Below, in pieces: positions 13,876 through 26,128 of a stretch of 64,000 nt of DNA. Below the pieces are notes generated by a model, which was not told the DNA's origin, made no database searches, and saw only the letters and a program-made list of their open reading frames with translations. The stretch's first letter is position 1. Each line of letters begins with the position of its first letter. The position numbers and the translations under genes were made by a program. The stretch lies in assembly GCA_045837725.1 (NCBI GenBank), contig JBEWZL010000269.1:1-64000 (forward strand). The letters are read 5' to 3'. Origin of the DNA: Vermamoeba vermiformis (lineage: Eukaryota).

Positions 13876-15888
13876 TTAGAGATTCTTAATGAGCATTTCC
13901 TTGAACTTCTCTTCGTTAATACGAGCCTCCTCGCCGAGATCAAAAGAGCCTTCAATGGTCAAAACACCACCAGATTCTCTCTTCAAGTTCAATGAGTGAA
14001 GCTTAGGAACGCAGCGAACGACGACCTTGGACAACTCTTTGCCTAGTTCCTCCTATTTAAATATTTTGGTAAGTGCCTGATAATTTTAAAAGGAGCAAGA
14101 TCTGATCGAAATTAAACAAATTGCTAAAGCTCTTGTTCGCGTGCAAATTTGTCAAGCCATGCATTATATATTAAATTAGAATTTTTGGCAAATTAAAAAT
14201 GAATTTGATGGTGTTGGCATCAAAATAATGATCTGGCGCCAACCATGGATGTCACTTACAGCGTAGAATTTATCTTCAGCCAATCTCAAAAGACCTTCAA
14301 CAACAGGGTTGACGACCAAACCTGACTTGTAGACGAACAAAGTCCAAACAGCGACGGATGGCGGGTTCTGTGTGTTGAACGAGTTGACATCCACGTCGAC
14401 GGATAGCTTAGGGAAGACGGACTAATGGAATATGTAAGTATGCATAGTAACATTGATAAACAGATAAGACAATTAGACGCAACGATCTTCCAAAACACGT
14501 GTTTGGGGATGCGCGTTACGTTCAGCGAAAAGACCGCGTAGATGCATCACCTGAACTTACTTGAAGTTTCTTATTCAGGGCGGGCAAAGTCTGTTCTTGG
14601 AACTCCTTCAAAGCCATCTTCATTTGCAAGTTGAGTGGGCCAGGAGCAGGAGCCTTTTCAGTACCCAAAGGAACGGATGTGGTAAGTTCTATTCAAATAT
14701 AGCGTTAATAAGCCGATCTTCGCGATAAAGCGTCATATTATGGGGTGAATAAGATGGATAGGCCAAAGAATTTGAGCAAAATAGTTCACTAGCGGAATTA
14801 GCGGATTTGACATCCAGAATCTGCGTTGAGCTTACCTCCAACAATGTTCTTAGAGACAAGGTCGATATGGCATTGCTCCTTAAGAGTATTGATGAACTTA
14901 TCGACGGTGAAGGGAGTGGAGTTAGCGGCAACAGGCTTTGTTTCGCGAAGCAATCCGTCTTCAGAATAGAAATGGAGTGTAGAAGAGTTATCGGGCCAAA
15001 TATAGCGACCAGCACCAGTTCTACATTGAGCACGACATTAGACACGTAAAGTAGGTAAACCTAAATCTTTGAATTGCGCTGATCTTACCGTCGTCCGTTT
15101 CTCCAAACGCCGTGGAAAGTTGCGCCAGTGATTTCTACTTCAATACCAGGACCGTTCTATATATGAAACATTACGATTAGCGTATGATCAAATGACTCGA
15201 GACGAGAATCGTTTTTTCTATTTTTAGAGCGGATCCAAGTTTACCTTTTCGTCATATTTCCATTCGCCCTTGAATACGGTGCCATCAGGGTAAGTGAGCT
15301 CGCCATAGCCATGACGGTGGTTGAATCTGAATAAGCCCTTGTACTCGCCGATCAGGTTGCATTGAGCTGAAGCAGAAAAAATTCAGAACACGAAACGAAT
15401 CACAATATACGGCAGAACTCACCTCCGAATAGAGTTGCAACACCGTATCCATGTCTGTAGCCCAATCTCCATTCGCCGTTGTACAAGATCAGGTTTGTTA
15501 ACTTATCGCGGGCAACTCCTGCGAGAATTGGGGATTAATTGAGACATTTGGGGAGTTTAGAAAGAAATTACATACCAATACCATTGGCCATAACGGCATT
15601 ATCGCTCTTAGATTCGTAAACACGAGAAGCAGCGGTGCATCCAGCGTAGATCGTGTTCCTATTGATTGACGGTCAGTTAAATGATTTTAACAATATTAAT
15701 AGGTATTCTTACTTCAATTCAACATGAGGGTTATGAAAGAAGTTCGCAAGCTCATAAGCTTTGCTAGATCTGAAGGCTTCGTATTCAGAAGGCTGAGATG
15801 TGTTGACATTGCTCGTCTTGATTTGCGCTACGCCTCCAACGTAAATAACGTTGTTATTGGCGGTGATATTTCCTTTTTGTTCAGCCAT
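13876..15888 (-). CDS. MORN-repeat protein with a C-terminal uncharacterised alpha/beta domain
   Basis: YNGEWRLGYRHGYG, YKGLFRFNHRHGYGELTYPDG, FKGEWKYDEKNGPG, FHGVWRNGRRTGAGRYIWPD after splicing; stop at 13876. Confidence 0.85.
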
Positions 15889-16394
15889 TTGTGTTGGTGT
15901 TGTTCTGTAGGTAAAGGTCAGATGCGACTCCAAAAAAATTTGTATTTTTTGTAGGTGACCCAGAAAAGAGACAGGAACCACATCTTAACGTGCCTTTGAC
16001 CGTTTTTGACCAGAATTCTTAGCTCACACGGTTTATGGAGGCTTGTGAGCTATTTTCGAGCCTTCTCGTCAAATCCGGACCTGACGTAACGCTGCCTATT
16101 CAAGCGCAGCAAAAATTAGTTTAGTTAGTGAGACAATCCAAAACACAAGCAACAATTCATTAATATTCAGGTTATTTTTTAGGTCAGTACGCAATCAAAG
16201 CACGAGCTTCCAGATCCCCTGCTCACATGCCAGCCTCAACATTATGCTACTAGCGATATTATATTGAATTTTGAACGAAAGATCAACTGCTAGGCTATTC
16301 AATTGAAGCATTGAAAACAAACTGCAGATCCGGTACCTCTTCTCCAGTGTTCTCGCCACATTATCCTCTCCGCGATCTCTTTTTTATGATGTAA

Positions 16395-16433
16395 TTTTTT
16401 TTTTTTTTTTTTTTATTTTTTTTTTTTTTTTTT
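16395..16433. repeat. 39-nt poly(T) tract with one A
   Basis: Directly visible. Confidence 0.9.
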
Positions 16434-17197
16434 GCGGTAAGTATGTACGGTCAACAGGGGAACGGATCCTTGTTCCGTTTCGCTCGAATGTGCAAACCTA
16501 CAAAGTCTTTCCATCTTGATCAAGATCGTACATATTGGATATATATACGATGTGCCTATTCTGACATCTATCTTGTTTTCAGGTTGAAATCTCAGACCGG
16601 CCCTGAAGTGCGGCCACTTTAGGTACCAAAAAAACTAGGTTGTCACGTACGCTTTTCTCATTTCTCGTTGCGATTAGTAGCGTAGACTAGAGCTCAATGG
16701 TATGTTCGTCATCTTATTATTACTCGAATTAGTAGTACTAACGTTAAAAAGGGACTGTCCTTGCACGCTCGATCTGCAGTTCTTAGTAAAGAGATCGAGA
16801 AATGGAGCGATCTTCCATCTTATACTAATGCGTGGCAATACAACCGTTTGCGCTAGGGCTTATGTGATGATTCAACGTTTGTACGAGGCCTGCAGATCGA
16901 CCTTTGTCAGATACGACAAAAACTCGCATTCATCCCATCCTCTTGTAATTCTATGACCGTAGCGCGTAGATTTTATTATGAAAGGTACGATTTATTTATA
17001 CCAAGCAAAGTGTATCGAAATTTATAATTTAATCGTTACGAATCCACTTTCAAGATTTTGAGCAGATTTTGATCATCACTGCTACTTATAATTCTATCAT
17101 ATAATTATAAATGAAATAGTCGAATTAGTGCTAATACTATTTATTAGGCGCTATCTAGAGCTGTACAATTCGAAGTTCATTCGCGACACGAAGATCT

Positions 17198-17792
17198 TTA
17201 CAAAACCTTGGTGACATCGAAGTCAGAGTAGTAGCTCAAGTACAAATAGAAGTAGTTGGCAGTAGTGTAGAGGTACATGTTGCCGTCCTTGAATTGAACG
17301 AGAGTGGCGCTGTCCCAGTTGTCAGTAAGACCGAGGATGATCTTCTTGTTGGGGATGGCCTCAACGAGAGCCTCCTTGATCATATCATCGGAGCAGTTCT
17401 TCTCGAACCTGTAAGCATAATTACGTAAGTTACTATCAAATTTTTGATTTTTTTTATGAAATTTAACGGCAGTTTGTTTTTTGTGAATTTTGAATTGGGA
17501 TCGTGAATCAAATTTGATTTTGAAAGATTATATTATAATATTAATATGATACTTACAACTTGACAACAGTGGCGAGGTAGCCGTCGTCGTTGTAGAGGGC
17601 CTCACCGAAGCGCTCGTGGTAGCTAGATCCGCCCTTGATCAAAGCAATGACGAAGTCTTCGAACTTGGGGTCGGTGGTGAACTCGAAGTCAACGCCAGAA
17701 GCGGCCTTCAACTTGGCGAGGAGAGGAGCCTTCTTAGCCTCAGCATCGCGGAGGTTCTTCTTGTGAGCAAGGGTAACTTTAGCGTCGGCCAT
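17198..17792 (-). CDS. Small two-exon uncharacterised protein (~150 aa) with strong codon bias
   Basis: MADAKVTLAHKKNLRD..., one intron, C-ending codon bias suggesting high expression; ATAAATA upstream. Confidence 0.8.
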
Positions 17793-18263
17793 TGTTAGAG
17801 TGTTGAGTTGTTGATTGTTCTTTAGTTTTGAACTGAATGAATAGAACGATGGTAACCGATTGCTATTTATCCTTGGCCCTTCTAACAAATATCTTAGGTT
17901 TGAGAAATTTCCTTTGTGACAGGTTGTGAAGAAATGTGAATCTGTCAGAAAAAACTACGATTACGAAGAGTTTATCGATGCGATTGGCTTAGTAACGACT
18001 ATTTATGATCCAAATAGACATGTCTATTGAAAGATCTGGTTAATTTCGATAATATCAAACGCGGAGTCAAGCGGATTAGCTGAATCGTGGTCAAAAAGCC
18101 ACAAATAGAAGTCATTTGATTTATTTGACAGCTCACAATACCTATCAAAAAACAATAGATTTGCCTACAGTGCGGCAAGACAACGCTTAAACCATCGCTA
18201 TCAAGACTTGACGATCGAAGGGTTATTATTCAATTTTATAGGCATTGCCTGATCCATCTTCGA

Positions 18264-18690
18264 ACCTCGAAAACAGCAATAGCAGACCACACAACCACCA
18301 TCGCACACCCAGAATAGGTTAAGAATGTCAATTAATGACCTATGTTCTAGAAGACTGGCTTGGGCATGGTCTTGTCCCTATGAATCACGTCGTGGGACGG
18401 GCCCGTCCCTTTGGATCTGACGCTATGTGGGGGACAAACAGTCCCCTAAATCACGCGGCATAACAACGTATTCCGCGGTGTTGATTCAAGCTGGTTGTGG
18501 ACGAGATCTGCGTTGAGATCAGAGGAGGACTGGTCAGCAGTCCGTTCTTGAAGATCTGACCTACCGGCTTCAAATCCAATTATATTCTGGATTCATCCAT
18601 GTGGGTGTTCAAGAACGGTCAAGAAAGCTAGCCGACGATACAAGAAGCAATACTAATGGTCTTAAAGTTGCAACTGACTCGAATAGAGGT
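18264..18690 (+). ncRNA. Candidate ~430-nt structured non-coding RNA
   Basis: No ORF in the track; nested helices 18284-18289/18657-18662, 18368-18377/18499-18508, 18542-18552/18608-18618; hairpins 18394-18409 and 18430-18446; G-U pairs favour the + strand. Confidence 0.5.
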
Positions 18691-19257
18691 AAGTTTGACG
18701 ACTTTCTACTTTTATTCGGCATTACGAGCTCCCATATTGGAATTCCAGCTTAATAGCACTATAAATAAACGAGGAGTTTACAAGATCAATAGAGATGTAG
18801 AGTACTAAGCGTTACGCGTGAATTTCCGTGGATCGACTTGAATTCAAAGATTTTCGTTTTTTTGAATCTTCTCAAGCAATATTGCGCTCAAATAACAACA
18901 TCATTCATTACACAAAGCATAATCAAGCTTCATTTCGCGATCTTATCTGGTAACCGCAGAACTGCGGATCGAGTCGTGCTGTAACTCTTCAACTCGAATT
19001 GTTACAAGGTTTCGTATCAATGATCTTGATTTGATCGTGTTGATATCTTCGAAATTGTAGTTTCAAAAAGTCGTGCTTCTTTCAATCATTACCAAACAGA
19101 GATCGCGGTATCGCCTTTTTATCCTGGGAATTTACCTATTCACAACGACACCATATAACAAGGCATTGAAACAGCGATACGATCTCCGACTCTCCACGGA
19201 CTGTAAGGGAAAACAAGAGCACATGTTCGAAATGAAAAAACTTGTTATAATCTTGCC

Positions 19258-20205
19258 ATGTCAGCAACAACGAGTGCTACACCCGGTGTAGTGAATCATA
19301 AGCTCTCGTGGGAGGAAATAGCGCAGTTGATTGCAACGGATGTGACTCTATTAGGCAGGCTTCCTGCTGATCTTCAGGTAATAATAAGAAATTGACGAAT
19401 AATAAATAATGCAACGGTACACTATAATATCCGTTAATTACGGATAATTTTGTAGCAGGCGCCAATAACAATAATTATTTACTAATATTTATTATTTAGC
19501 ATTATCGTGATCGTAGGGCGGAGATATTATCACAATTTGCTACGATGGGCGACTATGTATTTTGTAAAACATTTAATATGCCTGTAAGTATACAAATATC
19601 AATAGTAATTTATCTTTGGATTGACCTGTCAAGGAATTGCCTACTAACCGCTAAATAAAGCGATATTCCATTAATTATTTGGTTACGGTCATTGATTTAT
19701 TTATTAGGTAATTTTGGGACCAGATGGCAAAAAGATTGCAGATGTATCGAAAAAAGCGGATGCGCAACAAATTTTGTTCGAAAAGAACGATTTTCCTTAC
19801 GGCGTAGAAGACAGTATAGAACATGTAAGTTTTACTAGTAAAGAATTATACCAAAATAGGCAATTAATCGTACGATTTAGAACCTCATCTGGAGTTTGAC
19901 ACCACTATCAAGCGAAGAGATAATTGCTTTTGCCACCAAAAATTTGCCTAATCACGAGGTAATTATATATTTTTAACTTTAGTAGCATATTAGCGATCAC
20001 GCACAGTCCCAGCACTTGGATCCGATCAACGTTGATCTTGGTGATACTTTACGTTGCTTGATATGCGATCGTTTTTAGCGCATAAATATTTAGTATTAAT
20101 ATTCATTACAATTTATAGTTTCAATGGTTCATTAATCCTCCAGCAACGCAAAGTGTCAAAGAAATTTTTCACGCGCATATCTTTTCTAGACCAAAGAGAC
20201 ACTAG
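19258..20205 (+). CDS. DUF3605 (Gig1-like, HIT-like) protein
   Basis: LSWEEI..LLGR, EKNDFPYGVEDSIEH..IWS, QWFINPPATQSVKEIFHAHIFSR. Confidence 0.85.
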
Positions 20206-20370
20206 AGGTCTTATTAAGTTAAACTAGCACGCGTAATATACGTATTATCGGGTACTAATAAGCAATCGTAGAGAAACCTTTTTTGACACATCTAGCCTCA
20301 ACGCGATTTTCAAATAAAATGTGAATAAAGAAACAGCTGTCATATTTTTGCAACCCATTTCAAAAGAAAT

Positions 20371-21157
20371 ATGAATATGCAACAAGTCGAGGGATGGGAT
20401 TATCTTATTAAGGTATATTATAGTATACGTTGTTTATTCTAAATCCAGATCGATCTGACGTTATTTTTCAGCTGTTGGTTGTCGGTCCTTCTAAGAGCGG
20501 CAAGTCAAGCTTAATAAGAAGGTTTATCATGGGCGAAGAAGGCTATGCAGCTAACCCCATGAATAACGAAGATTTTGTAAGTCAGATCGAAATTTTCAAT
20601 CCTTGATCGGAGATTAATTAGCTTTTCGAAGTTTGTGAAGAATATTGTGTCGCCTTATACATCCAAAACGGTTCGTTTGCAAGTATTTGAATACTCAGGA
20701 TTGACAGGGTAAGTCGGTAAATTAAAGAATCCAACAGATTTGTTTTTGTAACGGATGCGATTTCAGGTCAGAGTCGTTTTATCGAGGAGTAGACGGAGTT
20801 ATGGTCGTATATGAATGTACTGATGATGATGCGCAAAGAACTATCAGAGACTATTTGGACTTGATCCACCGCTACTCGCCGCACAATGTGAAGGCTCTTC
20901 TTGTCGCCACTAAAACAGATCTGAAAGCAAGCTTACCGTCAAGTATACAATATAGAACGGACATATTAGATCAAAAGGACTATTTGAATGCGGAAACAAG
21001 TGCGAAAGAGAATTTGGGAGTGGATGCAGCCTTCTTCAAAATAATCAGATCCATCGAGCAAGAATTTGCTTCGAAACAAAAGAACAATAACGATAATACT
21101 AGCGAGATCATAGGCGACCAACCAATACAAAAAAGGAAGCTTTGCGTAATCTGTTAA
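20371..21157 (+). CDS. Divergent Rab-like small GTPase
   Basis: WDYLIKLLVVGPSKSGKSS (G1), FEYSG (G3 variant), FYRGVDGVMVVY, TKTD (G4 variant), ETSAK (G5), C-terminal CVIC. Confidence 0.85.
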
Positions 21158-21547
21158 CAAAAATGCATAAAGTATACGGATGCTTCGAATGAACCAGTGT
21201 GCCAGCTATTGATTGAACTGCCTGCGAGTAGAAACGATAAATCTTATTAATATATATCAAAGAAGTCGTACTGGTATGTTGTCTTGTTAACCCGCTTTGA
21301 TTCTAATTGACCGATAGGACCAAGATCTGCCGGGCTCGGACTTTGCGACTCTTAAAGGTCTTTGAACTACTTCTTCATAAAACAAGAATGTCTTATCATC
21401 ATAGGTAAAGTTGGAAACGACTGAAAATTGGCTTTACTTGAAATATCCATATTTGGAAAGTCGAAAAGATTTTGTAACGAGACTGCAGTAAGTTTTATTA
21501 TTATTTTTAATTTTTGCTAAGACTGCCATCAAGAAGTGGTACTACAA

Positions 21548-24401
21548 ATGACGAAAATTATACTAGCCGTTTTATTATTATCTTTGTGCTTAATCCAACT
21601 CTGTCGCGCAGCTGCTTTTAGCGCGAACAGCCTGCTGGTTTCGTCCTCATCGGGTTCAACCTATTACATCCAAGAGTACGACATAGCGGGGACCAAAATA
21701 CAACAAATAAGTCTGCCGGCAGGGTAAGCAACTATTTTTTAATTAAGTTCGTTTGTTATGATCATTACGTACTGTGAAATCGATTCTCTATTATTAAATT
21801 CAAATTTTATTATTTTTACTAACAAATTACATTAAATTTTTCAAAACGGTTCGACCACCGGATTTTATCGAGGAACGTTCCGCCATCAAAGTCGCGGAAC
21901 ACGAACCGCAACACCTTCAAATTTCAAATATGTATTTCGCACCAAAAAAGTTAGTCTTTGAAAGCGAATTGATTCTGTTTCCTGCGAGGAGCGGATGTGA
22001 TCCGAAAAAAAATGGCTATTTATTAACCCTAATTTTTTAGTATTTCCTGCGCTGGATGCAAGCTCAATTTGGACGCTACTGGTGGCATAGCTACACTCGC
22101 GGCGTACGAAGGCACCAGTCCTTTTACCTCCCGTGGCTACACTTTCAACATCCAGGGCCAACGCGTCGACACTACAACGTTAACCTCGCAAGCTAGCACC
22201 TCTTCAGCTTTTGTTATCGATGGTCAAGATAGTTGGTTCAACGTGGGCACGGATATCGTGTACACTTCTCGCGGCACTTCATCTGCCTCGCCAACGACGA
22301 TCTTTACGTCGGGCTCTTCGATAACTAACTTGCAATTGGTTGATGGCACTAAGCTTTATGCTCTCATTGGTACCGACGTCCAACTGATGAGTCCAGTGGT
22401 CAAATCAGGCAGCGGCTCTTTCTCTACTGTTGTGAGCGGAGCCAGTGCTTTCTACGTCTACCAAAGCACCACGCTGTACACGTACTCTTCGAACAACCAA
22501 TACATCAACAAGTACACGTTAAATGCTCAGGGAACAAGCGCGACATTTGCCTACAGAGTCTACGTGTACAACGATATCCCGACCGTTTACAGCTTGTTCG
22601 TCACTCAAGTTTCAGGAACGACTTACGTGTTGGCCACATGCAACGATGGAACATATTCGTATCTGTATCGGTACACGGACACTGGATCAGCTATGAACGG
22701 AGTTAAGGGGTTGGATACTGGAATCGGCTTTACCATTTATGCTGTTGGAGGCGCGCCTAAACCAACATGCTCAGACGGATTTAAGAACCAAGATGAAACT
22801 GACACTGATTGTGGAGGCTCTATTTGCAGTGGCTGTGCTATTGGCAAAGTTTGCACCGGTAATGCAGATTGCAGTAGCAACAAATGTACCAGTGGGCTTT
22901 GTGGTAAGTTACAAGCGTCATATATCTGCAAGTACTTGTTGGCTGAGACTATTCTTTTGTAGCTGCTTCGTGTACAGATGGCATCAAGAACCAAGATGAG
23001 ACTGACATTGATTGTGGAGGCTCTACTTGCTCCAAATGTGCCAATGCTAAGTCTTGCTCATCATCAAATGATTGTACCAGTGGCTATTGCAATAGTTCAA
23101 ACAAGTGTGGTAAGTAGTGCAAAGCATTACCCATTGTTGCTAATGACAAAATGTTCAGCAACACCAACATGCTTTGACAGTGCCAAGAACCAAGATGAGA
23201 CTGATGTTGATTGTGGTGGAGTCACTTGCTCAGCTAAATGTGCTATTGGCAAATCTTGCTCTGTTAATGGAGATTGTAGCAGCAACAAATGTACTAGTGG
23301 ACTTTGTGGTACGTTTTCAATGCTAACTTGCAGACTGTACTAAGTTCTGTTTGACAGCTGCTTCATGCACAGATGGCATCAAGAATCAAGATGAAACTGA
23401 TATTGATTGTGGAGGCTCTACTTGCTCCAAATGTGCCAATACTAAGTCCTGTTCAACATCAAATGATTGCTCAAGTGGTTATTGCAACAGTGCAAACAAG
23501 TGTGGTATGTTAATTAAGAAGATACATTATGATAGCTAACAAGCTTGTTCAGCAACTCCAACTTGCATAGATGGCGTCAAAAATCAAGATGAGACTGACG
23601 TTGACTGTGGTGGAGCCACTTGTGATGGTTGTGCAATTGGTGCTAGTTGCTCTGTCAATGGAGATTGCCTTGGCTCCAATTGTGTCAGCCAAGTTTGTGG
23701 TATGAATAATTGCTACATACATTTGCCAATATGCACTAAAATTGCATTTTTGCAGCTGCTTCATGCACTGATGGCATCAAGAATCAAGATGAGACTGATG
23801 TTGACTGTGGTGGTTCAGCACCTTGCTCCAGGTGTGCTAATAACAAGGCCTGTGTGAAGGCTGGTGACTGTTCAAGCAATTATTGCAACCCCAATAGTAT
23901 CTGCTGTAAGATCATTCATAATTCTTATAACAAGCATTGAACTAACTTCTTTGAAGCCACTCCTTCATGTGCTGATGGATGGAGGAACCAAGATGAAACA
24001 GACATTGATTGTGGAGGATCTACATGTTCCAAATGCTCAGCTGGCCAAGCTTGCACTCAAAACTCTGATTGTGCTTCCAACCTCTGTGCTACAGACACTT
24101 GTAGTAAGTACACATGATGTCAAATTTAAATTTATTAATCATTGTTGTTACAGTTGATGTTCCAGTCGCTCCTGTTTCACCTCCAATTGCATCTCCTGGT
24201 TCAGAGCCAGTCGCCGGTCCTGTTGAATCTCCCGTTGCAGATCAAACGCCCGATCAATCTCCTCAAACACCAATTGCATCTCCGAGTAGCCAAAATCAGC
24301 CTGCTGCTTCAACCCCAGTTAGAAAATTAGTGTCAACCGCCTCTGTCGCGGCATCAGTAGGAGGACTTTTTGTCAGCGTTGTTACTTTGATTTTGTGTTG
24401 A
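21548..24401 (+). CDS. Secreted/GPI-type surface protein with 7 Cys-rich (C.DG.KNQDETD.DCGG) repeats
   Basis: Signal peptide; Ser/Thr/Tyr-rich beta domain; 7 repeats, mostly one per exon with phase-1 introns; Pro/Ser stalk; hydrophobic tail. Confidence 0.85.
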
Positions 24402-25228
24402 AGCCATCGTGCGATAAAGTATTTCTTCACAAGACCGATTGTACAAATTATTTTTCGATTGTACAACTTGATGTGTCGCGTGTGGTAGGTCTCGTTGCTG
24501 CTAGAGGAAAGTTCTCTTCGTGCTCTTGCTAGCAACGCTATTCGATGTACTTGACATTTGAGCTCGACGAAATAATGTAATTTACGAAGCCTACCACAAA
24601 ACCGCAGTTGTTCATTTCGTAAATTTGCTGACCTTGTTTTTGTTTACTAGTTGTTTTTAGTTAACACGAGACGAGCGCTGCAGAATAATCTTGCACGCGT
24701 GCATATGTTCAGCTATTTGTTCCAGCTGTTTGGCACGAGCTTCAGATCTGATCAATCAAACAAGAAATAATACAGCATGGCATTAAAAAAATAGGTAAGT
24801 ATTAGTTCGTATTCGAAGACTCTAATGACAACGCGGTCTTTTGAAATAATAATCAAAAAAGATTTTGCGACTAAATTTAAATAATATTAAATAACCGAGA
24901 ACAGCGTATTTTTCAGTTAATTATTCGAGCATCAATAATAATAAAATTGGTAATTATTTTATGGAGTTTTTCTAATTTTTTTCTTTTTGGTCCGCCGATC
25001 ACCTGTACGGAGTGCTCCGCTTTCACGATAGATATCTGTATAAATTTAATGGTATGTGGACAATAATTTATTCGTATAATGATAATTGCTTCGTCGTTAA
25101 ACTCGATCGAAACCAGAAACCGGCTTTAACAGCAAGCGCCTCTTTTTTGTTCAGATCTGATCTCGATTACTTCATCACTTCTCGAACGCAACAAGAGCTT
25201 ATTTCGCCCGATCGATTGCAAATCTATA

Positions 25229-25565
25229 CTGCTGTGGTTGCGATTGAAGCACGTAGCTAGCGACAGCGTTCACGGCCGTCTCAGCGATCAGCGATTGGTG
25301 TCAACAAGGATCGGATTCGTGCTCGTCCAACAGTTCCTTCTAAGGTGCTTACAGCCCATCACTGGCGAATGTTCGCTCCTCCTAGAGTACTGCGCGATGC
25401 GCGCTCTTCCCACGAACACCTGTCTCTGCTCGTGTGAGCGGATTAGCGATAATGATCGTGAATTTCGCTCGTCAGATGTGACCGCGCACAAGTTCTTTGT
25501 AGTACCAAAACCATTAAATCGAGACTCGTACACGTTCATTGCACGTTCAAGAACCACCAAAGCAT
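25229..25565 (+). ncRNA. Candidate ~335-nt structured non-coding RNA
   Basis: Six strictly nested helices: 25234/25557, 25278/25525, 25295/25508, 25304/25500, 25362/25475, 25372/25442, several with G-U pairs. Confidence 0.45.
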
Positions 25566-26128
25566 GCCTAAGGACCGAAGTTTAGTGCCCAACAGATCCA
25601 GTAAAGCAACGAACACATGATTCAAACTTAGGGTTCACTGCTAGCAGAGTAAACGAAGATCGTCTATTAAAATTAGCAGGTACGATTGTAATTCGATGCT
25701 TTGAAATAACTTCTTCAAATGCTAATGTGTTTTCTCAGGCGGGATCTTTCTGGATTGCAAAACCTCCTCCGAAACGGATCTTTTTTTTTGATGCAAGTAA
25801 CCTGAAAACGTTATTATATCATAAATCATGGTTACAAGGAAGGGTCCGAAAGGGTCAGTAAGCTACACTCGTCGGTCTAAATCCACTAATTTTTTGCAAT
25901 AGTTGGCTTTCTTGATCGCTCGTTACCCGATGAACGGCGCCTACGAGGACAAATTACGGAAAGAGTGCGTATTATCTTGTAAGAATTTGAAACGTGTTGA
26001 GCGGCGTGTTATTTAAACTTTTCTGAAATTTTCCTTTTTTAGTTATTATAATTCATATTTTTAGAACAGAAGTCGTTTTCTGATTCAATTGAAAGTAGTC
26101 TTTGCTAATCGATACCACAACAGCCTCG

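Noticed and set aside
14689-15045. 118-aa minus-strand ORF
   Set aside because: Wrong frame; the real MORN exon is read in another frame after splicing.
16395-16433. Poly(A) tail of a minus-strand retroposed insertion
   Set aside because: No target-site duplication or recognisable SINE/LINE body found.
25628-25635. TTAGGGTT (AACCCTAA on the minus strand) as a telomerase RNA template
   Set aside because: Only 8 nt, outside the folded region, and the G-U pairs indicate the + strand; expected by chance.
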